A DNA stretch of 63,733 bases, filler included, from Reclinomonas americana ATCC 50394 (Eukaryota): the NCBI GenBank assembly GCA_048213135.1. It is 4 parts of 2 records of this genome, joined end to end, with 100 filler letters (N's around TTAATTAATTAA, not from the genome) between each part and the next. Parts side by side here need not be neighbours in the genome. Positions count along the whole stretch, not along the records: positions 31,711 to 45,887 come from PS015558.1; positions 45,988 to 61,095 come from PS015558.1; 2 more parts are not named here. One strand, written 5' to 3'. Made by a program: the position numbers and the translations under genes. Each line of letters opens with the position of its first letter. Position 1 is the first letter of the stretch. Shown in pieces: positions 43,241 to 58,200 of this stretch. Under the pieces are notes generated by a model. It did no database searches and was not told where the DNA came from. It saw nothing but the letters and a program-made list of their open reading frames with translations.

Positions 43241-45887
43241 ATGCGTTGGCTCCTCTCCATCGTGTGCCTCGTGCTCCTCGGCGCAGCCCTTTTGGCTGGT
43301 GAGTTTGCGTGTGTTTGTGACGTCAGTCAGTCTCTCTCTCCCCTCTCTCTCCCCTCTCTTGCGTGCGTGTGAATGCGTGTCTCTGTGTGCGCCTCCTGAG
43401 TGTGCGTGTGTGCGCGACAGTGGATTTGTGTTTGTGACAGTGCTTCTCTGCTCGCCTGAGCGATCTGTCCTCTCTCACTCACCCTTCATTCTCCACAACG
43501 ACGATGTGCAGACGCCCAGACCACTACTTTTGCCCCTGGCAGCTCTAACGCGCCGGAGCAATTCCAGATCATCAAGGCTGTGGGCGAGGATGGTGCGTGC
43601 ATTGCAATCTCTCTCTCTCTGTCTCTCTTTGACGCGTACATTCCTCCTCACTATCTCCCTCTCCCCCTCTCTCTCCTCCCACAGACCTCGACACCTCCTC
43701 CCCAACCGGCTCTCAGTCGGCCATCTGGGTCAACTGGACCAACCCCATCAACCAGGGTAACGCGCCGCCGTCTGAGTTCGGTGTCGACGTGGCCAGCACT
43801 GGTGGCACCACCAAGTACACTGTTGCGTCTGCTTGCCTTCTCCATCCTCTCCCCTCCTCCCCCTCACCCTCTCCTCTCCCCTCCACCAACAGTGCTCGTC
43901 GGTCAACGCCATTGCGGCCAACGGCGGCCCTGCCTCTGGTGGCGCCGGCTGCTACGGCATGATTCTGCGTTACTTTGACCAGACCATCCAGGAGGGCGTG
44001 CAGTACACCATCGCCGTTGCGTCTCTCTTCTCCTCCTTCCCTCCTCCATCCCCGCCACTCATCTCATCTCTTCCCCATCAACAGGCCTACGCTGTCAACG
44101 CGTACGGTGAGGGCGTCCGCACCTCGTCGCAGGTCGTGACAGTGCCGCTCGGTGGCACCCCGCGCCAGCCGACCAACCTGGCCATCAGCTACACGTCGGC
44201 CACCTCGTTCGTGCTGTCGTTCTACCCGCCGATCAAGCTCGGCCAGACTGGTGCCACTGGCTCCGGCAACGTCGCCAACTTCAACCAGCTGCAGACTCCC
44301 TTCTTCCAGGTGCAGATCCGCAGCTCGACTGGCGCCTCGCTGACCGCCTGGACTCCGGTGACCTTCTACACTGAGACAACCAATGGCAACAACGCCAACG
44401 CGGCAGTTGTGCCGTTCTCCTCTGGCCCGTTCTCGCAGCAGTCGTGCGTGGTGTCTGGCACTGGTGCCACCGCCTCGTCCGCCATTCTGCAGCCGAGCAC
44501 CGGCTACGTGGTGCGCGCGCGCGCTGTGGGCCAGTGGGGCTTTGGCCCGTGGAGCACTGTTGCGTTTTTACTGTCGTTCTGTGTTTGTGCATTGTGTGAA
44601 GCAGCTTGCTCACCTCTCTGTGTCTCCCCTACTCGCAGACCGCCACGGCGACCACCCAGGACGGCAAGCAGTCTCCGGGCAAGGTGCTGATCCCGACTGT
44701 TGTGGCTGCGGCCTCGGCTGGCGGCCTCATCTCGTGGACCACTCCTCAGCTGACTGGCGGTGCCATCTCTGGCTGGAAGGTGGAGGCTGCGGCCTCGGCC
44801 AACGGCGGTAACTTGTTTAACGCCTTCTCGACGCCCACGGGTACGCCGGTGTCTGACACGACCTTTGGCCGTGTGTCTGGTGGCCACGTCTTGATCTCGG
44901 CGCTGGCGACGACCCAGAACAGTGCCGCTATCACCACGTACCGCATCCGCGTGACTGCGCAGAACGCCACCGGTGACGGCACGGCCGCTCTCGACATTGC
45001 CGCGCAGCAGACTCTCACCCTCAACGCCGCCGCCAACCCGACTATTGCTGCCCCGACTCTGGTGGCTTGCTGGGCGGTGACTGGTGGCACCACCATCAAC
45101 TGCCTGGCCAACACGACTGCCGCCACGCTTATCGGCAACGGTGGCTTTGGCGCTACTCCGTACACTTTCGGCGCCAATGGCGTCGCTGGCGCCACTCTCG
45201 GCGCTCTGTCTATGGGCCCGACCGACCTCACCGGCACTGTGACCTTCAATGCCACTGCAGCTGGCACTGTGAACCTTGTGGTGACGAACGCCACCAGTGG
45301 AACAGCCAACGGCGCAATCGCGTTCGTCACTTCCCTTGCTGTGACTGCGCCGACCAATGCCGTCTGGTTCAACCGCTCTGGCACCGCCGTGACCGACGTC
45401 AACGGATACGTCACGCTCGGCAACAACTTTGTGGTGATGAACGTTGGCTCACCGACCACTCGTGGTGTGGTGGCGACCGCCGCCACTGGCACTGGCGTTG
45501 GTGGCGTGAATGCCATTACCTTCGCTTACGGCCTTACTGGCGCTGCTGGCATTACTGCTGCCACCGATGCCCAGTACCTTGACGGAAACACCTCGACGAC
45601 TGCGTTGTCTGCTTCCAAGTTTGTCGTGGCAGTCCGCATGAACCTTGCTACCACTGTTGCTGCCACCCAGATCTTTGGTGTGCAGTGGACTCTGGTGAGC
45701 GCTGGCACCGTTGCACCGCTCTTCTGCTGCGGTGCCGCCATTGTTCTTCCGAACACTGTCGGTGGTGTTGCGTCTACTATCGGCATCAATGCTGGTGCCC
45801 TCACCGCCGCCGCCTCCATCACCGTCATCGACATCACCGACACCTCGCTGACGTTCGTCATCACTATGTCCGCTGGCGGTGCACAGT
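43241..45887 (+). CDS. Secreted or surface protein with FN3 domains and an Ala/Gly/Thr-rich region; 3' end truncated by gap
   Basis: Signal peptide MRWLLSIVCLVLLGAALLA. FN3 motifs YTIAAYAVNAYGEG, YVVRARAVGQWGFGPWS and YRIRVTAQNATGDG. Strong C/T-ending codon bias. Confidence 0.85.
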
Positions 45888-46036
45888 NNNNNNNNNNNNN
45901 NNNNNNNNNNNNNNNNNNNNNNNNNNNNNNNTTAATTAATTAANNNNNNNNNNNNNNNNNNNNNNNNNNNNNNNNNNNNNNNNNNNNCAATGAGGAACAG
46001 GGACGAAAGAGAGAGAATGAGATTATGGGGACGCAC

Positions 46037-46662
<626 letters not shown>

Positions 46663-47301
46663 NNNNNNNNNNNNNNNNNNNNNNNNNNNNNNNNNNNNNN
46701 NNNNNNNNNNNNNNNNNNNNNNNNNNNNNNNNNNNNNNNNNNNNNNNNNNNNNNNNNNNNNNNNNNNNNNNNNNNNNNNNNNNNNNNNNNNNNNNNNNNN
46801 NNNNNNNNNNNNNNNNNNNNNNNNNNNNNNNNNNNNNNNNNNNNNNNNNNNNNNNNNNNNNNNNNNNNNNNNNNNNNNNNNNNNNNNNNNNNNNNNNNNN
46901 NNNNNNNNNNNNNNNNNNNNNNNNNNNNNNNNNNNNNNNNNNNNNNNNNNNNNNNNNNNNNNNNNNNNNNNNNNNNNNNNNNNNNNNNNNNNNNNNNNNN
47001 NNNNNNNNNNGCTCTCGTCAACTTTCTTCTCTCTCTTTCTCCTCCTCCTACTCATCCTTCATCCCGTGCTCCTTTTGTTCGTGCCACGTTGTGTGCATTC
47101 GCGATGCCACCATGTGTGCGCTGTACAGTCGACAGTCAACCATTCATCACGCCTCCATGTGAACCTTTTTTCGCCTTTACGAATGAGTGTGTTTGCTTGT
47201 GCAACCTATTTTTCCCCCGGCCTCTGCGGAGTAAACCATGGCAAAGAAAAAATCGCGAACCATGTCGATTGTAGTACATTCTCTTCTTGTGTGATCGATT
47301 T

Positions 47302-49886
47302 TTACAAGTCAAAGGTCAGCGTGACGACCTTGACCTTGGCCTCCGGATCACCACGCAAGCCCTGAACGTATCGCACCGTCTTCTCCGTCTGCATGTGCTT
47401 CTCCTTGACAGTCTGCACGCCCTTTTCCCTGTGGCCACCACGCTGTTGAGATGAAAGACAGGCAAAGTTGAAAGAAATGCAATTCACGCAACTTGGGCAG
47501 CCAGGCTTGCGAGCTGTTCTCGCGACGGAAGTGACTCTTGTGGGTCTGCGTCGAGTGTGTTCGCTTGGTGCGCAGGTCCGCCTGTGTTGCACCAGTGCGT
47601 AAGAAACAACTGGAGTCAACGATGGCGCATGCCGCCACGTACCAACTGCAGCGCACGCCGACGCATTGTCCACTCATTGTACTGGTACGTGGGATCAATG
47701 TGAGTCTCGACAAAGTGCGTCGGCGTCTCCGTGCTCATGTCGCACTTGGTGGGTGCACTCGGCGCCGACGGTGCCTGCATTTGCACTTGCTGCGCGTACT
47801 GTTGCGGCGGCAGCTGGTACAATGGCTGTGCTGCTGCAGCAGCAGCAGTGCTGGGGTCGGGCCCCGCACCACGCGTGGACGCCGAGTTGACGGTGGCACC
47901 GGCCGTCGATGACGGCGCGGGGCGGTAGAGATCGCGGCCGCTGGAAGAGGCGCCAGCGGCGCTGCCATTGACGGATGCGGATTCGTCGTCGCCGGCGGCG
48001 GCCGAACGCACCGCCGAGCTGGCATCGTCGACAGCAATCGATGGCTCGGAGCTGTCGTCTGCTACCGTCACCTCCACAGGCACAAGCTATCGCATCAATC
48101 GCGGTGAGAGAGGGACTCGGGGGACATTCGCGACACACATGGTTTTCAGCAGACAGCACCTGTTCGAGCCCCATAATCTCCACGAGCTCCGGTGCGGCGC
48201 CCACACTGTGCAGAGCACCATCCAAAATTCTGTCGCATGCAATCAGTGAGGAAACTCTCGCGATATGGCACACGAGTATCGTCGCTGCCACTCAACTCTT
48301 GCACATTGGCAAACAATCGCAACATGGCCGCGGGCGACGACACAGCGTACGCTCGTCCATCACACACCACGTAACCGAGATCGGGGTCGCCGGGCACGGC
48401 TGCACCAACGTATGCCACCTCCACTGGTGACACTCCCTGTGAGGTGGCGGCGATGAGGAGAGAGAGAGAGAGAGAGAAAGAGGGAAAGGGACGAAGAGCA
48501 AAGTTGTGCGCCTCACCGCCAACTCGGGCACGATTTGGGAAAAGCTGGGATCGTCTGGCGGAATAAACGACAGCGAGGCCGGCATTTCAGGCAACACAGC
48601 ATCGAGTGGAGGCGATTGCGACTTGGCCTCCTCTGCAGCCGCCAGCAGTTCGGCCGTGAGGCTAGCCGGTAGCAAGAAGCCCTCACCAGCTGGCACCCAA
48701 AGTCAGCAAAACCATTTCATCATCGTGTCGAGATGATGGACACACACTCACCGGCGTGGCCACCCTCCAGTCCAAACGGACGCAGCGGTGTGATACGTGT
48801 GCTCACAAATAGCCGCAAATCCTCCGTCAGATCGGTACTCACACACCACTCGGCACCCACATTGGCGAGCTCCTCCTGCGCAGCACCACGGGCATGAGCA
48901 ACTTGCAGAAATGATGATAACACAGGCTCGACGAACCAGCGAACTGGCACCGTCCAACGCCGCCTTGCATGCACTCTGGTGCTCACTGATGGCGGCCATG
49001 CGGTTATCAGCCTCGGTCTTCAGTTCGATAAAGTAGGCCAGATACTGGCGCAATTTGTTGTACTCGGACGCCAGCGGAGACGCCGAGTCCGCCTGCATTC
49101 GCGACCGTAAGCAACAGCAACGAGTGCGATAGTTTCTGACACAACAAGAAACTCTCACCGGTGGCGCAGCGTACGTGAGCACCAGTCCCATCTTGTGATC
49201 GGCATCGGCCAGTGCCGACAACTCCGAATCCATGCTCTGCACACACACACGCACAAAGAAAGAGTCACGACACGAATTTCGCACACGACTCCTGCGCGTA
49301 CACATACACACACACCTCACGGACTTGAATCGACAACCGTCCGCTCTCCTCCCACCACTCCAAGTCACACGCCATGATCGCTCTCGCCGTGTACGCCTCA
49401 AACCAATGCTGCAACACCTGCTGTCGATACTCCACATCGCCCTCGGCAAACACACTCCCAATCGACTCCTCACTCAACCACTCCTCCGCCGCCTCCACCG
49501 TCGACTCAATCACATCGCGACTCAGCGCAGGCGTGATGCTCTGCAGGTACTCCGAGGCCACACTCTTCACCTCGGCCACACTTGGAGTGGAGGACGAGGA
49601 AGAGGCCAGGCGGTGTGCCAGTGCTGCTCGCTCGTCGGCCCGCTGCACGCGAATGTCTGTGGCCTCGTACACTGTGCGAGAGCGCGCAAACACGTGTTGC
49701 ATGCGCAGAGTGGTGGCCACGGGTGCTTCCACCAGGCAACGAACGGCGTACTGTGTTTGGGAGGGAGAGAGGGGGAGGGAGGGAGGGAGTGAGTGAGTGA
49801 GTGAGTGAGGGAGGGAGGGAGGGAGGGAGGGAGTGAATGAGTGAGTGAGGGAGGGAGTGGGTGAGTGAGCGACAGAGCGAGGGAGC

Positions 49887-49930
<44 letters not shown>

Positions 49931-50202
49931 CACAGAGTCGTGTTCTCTCTCCTTACCTCCACCATGTCATCGACTGCGGTGCTTGGTACCTGTGCGCCCG
50001 AGGAGTACTGCAGCGAAACAATGCGCAACACAATGCCTGTATGTGTGTGTGTGTGGTGTGTGGGCACTTGTCAGCAACTCTTTCTCTCTCTCTTTCTCTC
50101 TCTGTCAGTGACACAACTGGCCGCAAAGTCATCCACATCATCGCGACCGCGTTGCTTGGCAGTGGCCACCACACGGGCCACGAGCTCTGCTGTGCTCGTC
50201 AT
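47302..50202 (-). CDS. CFAP206: Cilia- and flagella-associated protein 206
   Basis: TETPTHFVETHIDPTYQYNEWTMRRRALQLADLRTKRTHSTQTHKSHFRRENSSQ and APELVEIMGL; frame-consistent exon chain from the ATG at 50202. Confidence 0.88.
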
Positions 50203-50252
50203 TTTCTCGCTCTCTCACAAGCACAACGTCCAGGTGTGACGTCATCGCAGAT

Positions 50253-53200
50253 TTATTGTCCACCGCCTTGCACATGCTCGACCACGCGCTCCACCAGCTC
50301 GGCCTTCTTGCCTCCACGTGGCAGTTTGTGGTGCGCCAAGTAGACCTTTAGCTGGTCGATGGTCAGCTTGGTTATCTGTGCAGCAAGGAAAGGGAGAGGT
50401 GTTGAATATTCTTCTTCCTTTCTCGGAATATCGATATCGAGGAAGCGTAACTGTGCCGGTCGCCACCATGTTGGCCCAGTTGATGTCGTCGTAGCCGGCG
50501 GCGGCCTTGGCTCGCTTGGAACCGCTGGCGCCATCGGCGTCCTGTGGAGGAGTGTTTCAGCGACGAGTTGTCCTGTTTCTGCTGGTGTAAACGAAACTTC
50601 GTCGGCGCCGCGCTTTGGTGCCGCCTTCTTGGCGCCCATGGTGCGCTGCGGATCGTAGCCGGGACCCATGATGTTAACCTTGAAGTCGTCGATGCGTCGT
50701 CGAACCTCGGCCTGTTGCGGGGAGAGTGAGGGAGAGCGAGCGCCCTGCTAAATGTGTAGCGAGGGTGCACCACGAAACATCAAAGAGACCGGGGTCCGGC
50801 AGGGCCTTGTCCTCGAACGGCGGCTCGTCCTTGCTCTCCAGTGCCAGCGCCTCCAAGTGATTGCAGAACTTGGTCAGAGCTGCGCGAATGATGATGAGTC
50901 GCCCGCCACTGGTTCTGTTCACGATGTATACAAGCTTGCGAAACCTGGGTTCGGGATGCTGACTGACATGTAATCGGCGCAGAGTTTCGTGATTACGCGT
51001 TTCGCGTACGGCACCACAGCCGGATCACAGCGCGGACGCTCCTCCTGTGCATGGCAAGGCGTGTGAGCTGTCACTGTCGTCCGAGAGAACGCCCTCTCCC
51101 CACCGCACGCACCCCATCAAAGGTGAGATCGCGAATGTCGTCGCGGTACGGCAGCGGAATGCAGTGGAAGCCATTCGGCACCACCACCAAGCCATCGCGG
51201 TCGGTGACCTCGGCCTGCGCCATCAGCGCCACAAAGCGCGGCTGTGCACCGTGTCGCGGCACTGCACGGCAAATGGCAACCTGCGGTGGTGGGTGGTCAA
51301 CGAGTTGTCACGTCACGGCGTGACAGACACGAAATCAAACCCTTTGCTGCTCGATCATTTCACGATGCAGGGCCACCAGTGTCGTCGTGCTGCCATGAAT
51401 CCACTGTCGCACGAGCAGTCACACATGTCAGGCAAGCAAAGGAAAAAGAAGGGGTGGACGAAAAAGAGTACACAGAATACCTCCTCATCCGGATAGAGAA
51501 ATGTCGGTGGCTTGAGATTGTGCCACGGCTTGAGTGTGGAGACTGGCTTGAAGCCCATCAGCTTGAATCCTGCGCACACATCCACGACCGCGTGAGAGAC
51601 ACGTGCGAACGACACTGCGAAAGCGCGACTTGGCGAGCGCACCGTGCGGCACGTCGCCCAGCTTGATGCTGTCGAGTTCCTGCTTTGCAAAGTACACCTC
51701 GTCGCTTCCAAACTCGTGTGCATACGAAAAATCGCTCGGCAGCACGTAGGATGTGGTTTCTGTGCACGCAAAAAGGAGACAGTCAAGCATCTGCAGACAC
51801 TCCTTCTCCCCCTACTTCTTCACACACCAACGTCGGTGTACGTGCGCTCCAATCGAACCGACTTGTTGGTGCCCTTCTGGATCCACATGGGTGTTGGCTT
51901 CTTGGCCGGCATCACCATGTGGTAACTGCGCACGCAGGCAGAGGCACGTTGTGTCACGCATTTACTGCACAAGAGCGACACGCACAGCACGCAACACTCG
52001 CAGGCCAAGCTGGAAGCCCTCCTCGCCAATGGCCAGACTCACTCTGCCACTCGTCCGCTTCTTGCCGGCTCGATAGCGCACCACACTCTCCTCTTCCTCC
52101 AGCTGCAAGACAGAACACGTGAGACGACGCTTCTCCTCATCAAGACACTCACAGCCACACACACCGTGTCGCCAACATCACGAATGCCACACACGTCGCC
52201 GAGGAACATGGACGATGCATTGGCCTTGTTCACCACCGCCTATTATGCAAACGCGCGTAGTTGTCAGCAGCAGCAATCAATCACGACGACGACGAGTGCG
52301 TAAAAACGCACCTGCCAAAACGTCGAGCGATCGATCTTGACGCCCCGATGCCGCACCGCCAACACGTCAATGGTGACGCGGCTGTCGGCCAGGTTCTGCA
52401 GACACAACGGTCAACATGGGCCGAGAGGGAGAGAGGGAGACAGGGAGAGAGAGAGAGGGAGAGAGGGAGAGGGAAGAGGGGAAGAGAGTGAGAGATACAG
52501 TGAGGAAGAGAGGAAGTGGGAGAGAGAGAGAGAAAGGGAGACTGAGAGAGAGAAGGAGAGACGCAGAGAGGAAGAGGGTGAGGTGGACGAGGGCCGGGAA
52601 GAGAAGAGATAGCCTCAGACAGAGCACGAGGAAGAGAGAGACAGCACACACTCAAGTCTGTCTCTCTTGTGCATTCTCATGCTCTCTTCCCTTCCCCATT
52701 TGTTATCTCTCAGCAGACCTGCACACGCTCCAGCGTCAGCGTCAGCACACTGGCATCGCCCGGCTCCTCTTCGTTGGTGCACACAAAAATGCGTCGCGTG
52801 CCGATCTTGGCCGTTCTGCAAAGCATCGCGAATGAGCGACACATAACCGGCAGCCTCCATCCATCCAACCACCACAACAATAACACAACTGCTCATTGAA
52901 GAGATACGACGCCGTCCACAGCGCCTGATGCAGCGGATACGGCGTGCGGGCCGTGTACTTGCCAATCGTGGCCTCAAACGAGTCGGCGGCCACGGCATGC
53001 GCATTCTCCGAGAACTCAAGCAGTGTGCGGATGCGCCCGACACTCGGCTCCTCAAACGGCATGTGCACAAAGCTGTGCTTGAAGTCGTACGGAGACCGAC
53101 TCTCGCGCTGGCACTCGCGGAGTGAGCTCGAGAATGCAATAGAGAGAGAGAGAGAGAGAGAGAGAGAGGCACATACCGTTGCATAATAGACTACGCCCAG

Positions 53201-53692
53201 CAGATCCTTGTCACTGGTCACAATCTTGTTCTTGTGGAAGAGGGCGGCGAGACGAGTGGCCACGGAGAATCCACACTGTACATGCAATCAGTCTCTCTTC
53301 TCACTCTTTTATTCTCTTCTCTCTCTCTCTCTTACTCACCGATCCATGCTCGTCCACCTCAAACATCTTCGGGCCGCAATCAATGAGGAAGAGCAGGCAG
53401 TCGCGAGTGCTTTCGCGAAACTATTCACAGACAAGTCGATGTCGACCAAATGCGCGGGAAAAACAATAGGAAATCCGTGAGTGCACACGAGAGAAGAGAG
53501 AAGAGAGAAGAGAGAGAGAGAGGTGTGTGTGTGTCTCTCTCTCTCTGCCTTACACACCTCCTTGTCAATGTCTTCGCCGAATTCGTCCTCTTCCGCCTGC
53601 AATCACAATCACGCATTCAGTGCACACACACACACACACTCTCTCTCTCACTCTCTCGCAACATCGTCGCCGGGCTGCCACACGTCACTCAT
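50253..53692 (-). CDS. XRCC6: Ku70 NHEJ DNA-end-binding protein (vWA, beta-barrel, SAP)
   Basis: RDCLLFLIDCG, KIVTSDKDLLGVVYYAT, RRIFVCTNEE, GFKLMGFKP, FLYPDEE, PRFVAL, GFHCIPLPYRDDIR, and SAP KLTIDQLKVYL...KKAELVERV. Confidence 0.95.
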
Positions 53693-53948
53693 CTCCCTCA
53701 CACACACACTATTTTTGCAGTCTCGTATTCCACCGTCCGATCCGGCCAGCCGACGCAGCCGTTTCGCAATTGCATTCACTGCGCGCGTTCACACAGACAC
53801 ACTCTCTCTCTCGTTCTCTGTGAGCAGCAGACCGTGTGTGCGCGTGCGTGTCTCTCACACTCTCTCCTTTCTTTGTGTGTGTGTGCGCGTATAAGTGAGA
53901 GAGGAGTTGTTTTTCTTCGTCTTTGTTATCTGTTTCTGTGTGTGAAGG
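53693..53948. promoter_or_regulatory. Putative bidirectional promoter between Ku70 and HYDIN
   Basis: Divergent ATGs lie only 256 nt apart. Confidence 0.55.
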
Positions 53949-55214
53949 ATGGCGAGCGCAGCAGGCGCCGCTGATACCACTAACGGCAGCACAAGTGGCA
54001 TCAAGAGACCAGGTGGTGCGTTCTCCACTCACAATCATACTCACGCACACTCTTCCACACACACACTTTTGAGTGGGCAGTTCGCGCTCTTTTTCTGACT
54101 CTCTCTCTCTCACGCGCGCGCGCAGGCATTGTTGGTCCTGGTGCGACGGGTCGTCTGGGCATTGGCAGCAAGCACAGCTTCTCCATTGCCAAGGCGCGTC
54201 CACCTGCGCATTTGCGATACGCGCGCTTGCCACTGGCCAATGAGGACGCCCTGACTGCCACTGCTGCTGGTGGAGCCTCTGCAACGGTGTGCACGACTCA
54301 CTCTCTCTCTCTCTGTCTCACTCTATCTCTTGCTCACGTGCGTGTGTGTGTCTGTGTGCAGTTGCTGCCATCGGAGCATGCTGCGACCGTGTCACGAACG
54401 ACGATTGATGTCGTGCGCGATCCGCGGGCCATGGCATCGGTCTTGTCCACAGTCGCCGCTGGCACACCACAGCAACAGGTACATGCACCTTGCTGTTGCC
54501 TCGCTCACTCTCTCTGTCCTCAATTCGTCACTTGCACAAAGGGCGTTCGTATTGTGGAGCTGTACAATCTGGCCGACCGTGCGCCCACGCATCCGCAATC
54601 GAGTGTGCCACTCGACGTGCCGCTCTTCCAGACGTCGCCACCGTGCATTGTGTTCCAGTCGGTGGGCGAGTTTGAGACGCACACGGTGCAGCTGTCGTTC
54701 CGCAACATTGACACGGTGGCCCGCTCGTTGACGGTGCTGCCGCCGCGAGTGCCGTTTTTGCGCATGGTCCCGATTGGTGGGTTTGCCGGTGGCCGAGTGG
54801 CGCCCGGCATGGAAGTGCGTTTTGCGGTGTCGTTCACCCCCGAGTCGCGTCGTGATGTGTCGATCGACATTGAGTGCATCACGGAGCGCGAAAAGTTTGT
54901 CGTGCCGGTGGTGGCCGTGGGCGGTCGAGGTTAGTGTGCCGTGCGTGCCCCTTCTCAGAGGGAGGTGGGACGACGGCAGCTGACTGACGTGTGTTTTTTC
55001 CCCGTGCGCAGCCATGGTGGAGTTGCCTGACGAGATCGACTTTGGCGCATGCCCCGTCAAGTACCGCACCGAGAAGCGCATCGCGGTGTCGAATCGCGGC
55101 ACAGCCGCGGCTCGAATCACCCTCGCCACCTCCGACATGTTCACCGTGTCGCCGGCACACGCTTCGCTGGAAGTTGGCGAGTTTATGCAACTTATCCTCA
55201 CCTTTGCACCGCTG

Positions 55215-55252
<38 letters not shown>

Positions 55253-58200
55253 TCTCTTCCCCCTCCCTCCCCTTTCACTGACGCAGCTCGCTTCGCAGAC
55301 AAGCAATGAGACGCACACGGGCGAGCTGACAGTGACGTACGACACGGGCGAAAATGTGGTGGTTCGTTTGACGGGCACCGCCGAAGATCTGTTTGTGACG
55401 CTGTCGACGAGTTCGCTGCGCATGGAGGCGTCGTTCCTGGGCTTGACCACTCGGCGCACTTTCAAGCTGCACAACCGCAGTCGCAAGAAGGTGGTCTACG
55501 AGTGGAAGCGATTCGCCACGGAAATGGAGGAGGACCAGGCGCGTGTGCGCAAGAACCTCTTGTTGACGGTGCAGGAGAACGCAGAAGAGTCGCGCAGTGG
55601 CAACGCCGCGCGAGACTTGTCACTCATTTCCCGCAAGTACGATGTTGAGTCGCACGCACGCGCCGTTTCCGTCCATCCGTTTACCCCTTTCCTCACACTC
55701 ATCCCTCCTGCACGACAGCAACTGCGACGTGAGTTGGACAGCGATCGATTCCTCTTTGACGACGAGGTGTTCCTGATTGAGCCCATTGCCGGTGAAATTC
55801 ATCCCGGCGGCGAGCACACCTTTACCGTGACTTTCCATCCCGTGGTGCGTGTCTGTGTCTGGTGCTCATCTCCTTCCCACTCTCGTCTCCCTCATTTGAT
55901 GTACGTTTTTTTGTGTTGTGGCAGATGGCTGCGGTGTACGATCGCGTGGCCTACTGTGATGTGAGTGGTCGCGAGATGCGCTTGCCACTGGAGCTCTCTG
56001 GCGAAGGCATTGCGCCGGACGTGTGCTTCAGTTACACGTCGGTGGATCTCGGCGAAGTGTTTATCCACTCGCAGCATTCGTATGAGTTCGTGCTGGAGAA
56101 TCGCGGCCAGATCGACGCACAGTACAGGTACCAGCCGTCCGACACCGACATGAGTCGGCGTTTCCAGTTCACACCCGACTGTGGTGTGCTGGCCGCTGGC
56201 GACCAGCAGCTGATTGTGGTGTCGTTCTGCTCGGACATTCTGGGCACGGTGGATGAGGAGTTTGAGTGGCGAGTGGAGGGTCGACCGGAGAGTCTGTTCC
56301 TGCGCATGCGAGGTACCGTCATTGGACCGCGCATCTCGGTCGATCGCCACTCGCTCGATTTTGGCGACGTGTCGAACGGTTTCATGGCGACCGAGGCGTT
56401 CTACTTGGTCAACGAGTCCGACATTCCCATCAGCTACAAGCTGCACATTCCGGAAGACGGCCGCATGCTGCGCCGTGAATTTNNNNNNNNNNNNNNNNNN
56501 NNNNNNNNNNNNNNNNNNNNNNNNNNNNNNNNNNNNNNNNNNNNNNNNNNNNNNNNNNNNNNNNNNNNNNNNNNNNNNNNNNNNNNNNNNNNNNNNNNNN
56601 NNNNNNNNNNNNNNNNNNNNNNNNNNNNNNNNNNNNNNNNNNNNNNNNNNNNNNNNNNNNNNNNNNNNNNNNNNNNNNNNNNNNNNNNNNNNNNNNNNNN
56701 NNNNNNNNNNNNNNNNNNNNNNNNNNNNNNNNNNNNNNNNNNNNNNNNNNNNNNNNNNNNNNNNNNNNNNNNNNNNNNNNNNNNNNNNNNNNNNNNNNNN
56801 NNNNNNNNNNNNNNNNNNNNNNNNNNNNNNNNNNNNNNNNNNNNNNNNNNNNNNNNNNNNNNNNNNNNNNNNNNNNNNNNNNNNNNNNNNNNNNNNNNNN
56901 NNNNNNNNNTGTCGCCGTGACGACTAACTTTGTACATTTGTTCGCACAGGCTTCCTGGTGATCCCCATTCGCGCGCAGTGCACTGTGCCGTCGATCCGCC
57001 TGTCGTCGCCGGAGATCATCTTTGAGTCGTGCCTGATTGGCAAACCGCACCAGCAGTCCATTATTTTGACCAATCCCTCGCCGTTGCCGCTGCGGTACGA
57101 ACTGCAAGTGCCGACATCGGAGGCTGTGCGCTTCGAGCTGAGCGCCGAGCGTGGCATCCTGCACGGCAACTGCGAATCGGTGCTGTGGATCACGGCCACG
57201 GCACTGCACCTGGGCACCCATTTTTATCCCATTTACGTCAAGGTCATTGGCTCAATGGTCGATCCCGTGTGTTTGGGCACGCGTGTCGATGCCATTGGCC
57301 CGAAAGTCACGGTCAATGTCGAAGAGGTCAACTGGGGCAAGGTTTGTAGCCATCCTTCACCATTCAACGATTCTGCACGCTTGGTTGTTTTGCGCTCATG
57401 CTGCGTGACAGATTCCGGTGCTGGAGCGCGTGGAGCGTTCTGTCACGCTGATCAACCACTCGGATGTCGATGCGCAGTTCTCGGCTTGCGTTGAGCGCGG
57501 CGACGACACTGGGTTCACGGTGCTGCCGGAGAATGGTACGATTCCGGCCAATGGCACTCTGGATCTGGTGCTGGTGGTGCGTGGTCGACCTCTCTTTTGC
57601 TCTTTTTTTTCTGTCACGCTCCCCCCACTCATTCACGCGAATGCAGGCCTGCTGCGACGAGTCGACCAAGTTCAACGACGCCCTGATCGTGCAAGTCATG
57701 TATGGCACCGAGTGTGGTACGTCCGTCTGTCTCCTTCCATCGAATTCATGTTCTTGATTGAGTGGAACTTGAAAAAATCAATCTTGCGTTTCCCTCTCTC
57801 TTGCAGTGGTCCGTCTGATGGCCTCCGGCACCGGCAGTCCTCTGGCACCGTCGTGCGATTTGTCGCAGCTGTACCTCGGCAACCACTTTACGGCTCGTCC
57901 GATTGTGCACCGATTCACCATTGAGAATCACGGCCGCAAGCCACGTCAACTCATCTGGTCCAAGGTCCGCCCCAAGGTACATACACTTTTACCTTCAGCT
58001 CACTCTCTCCTCCCTCTCATCTCAATCATGGCGTGATCACAGAAGGCAGTGGGGTCATCGGCGGCGGCTGACGGCAGCGACTCGGAGCCGATTTTCAACT
58101 TGACGCCAGCCAAGATCACGATCCCGCCAAAGAGTAGCTGTGACTACGTACTGGAGGGTATCAGTCCGGAGCGCACGGGCCTGCTGGAGGAGCGCTTCCA

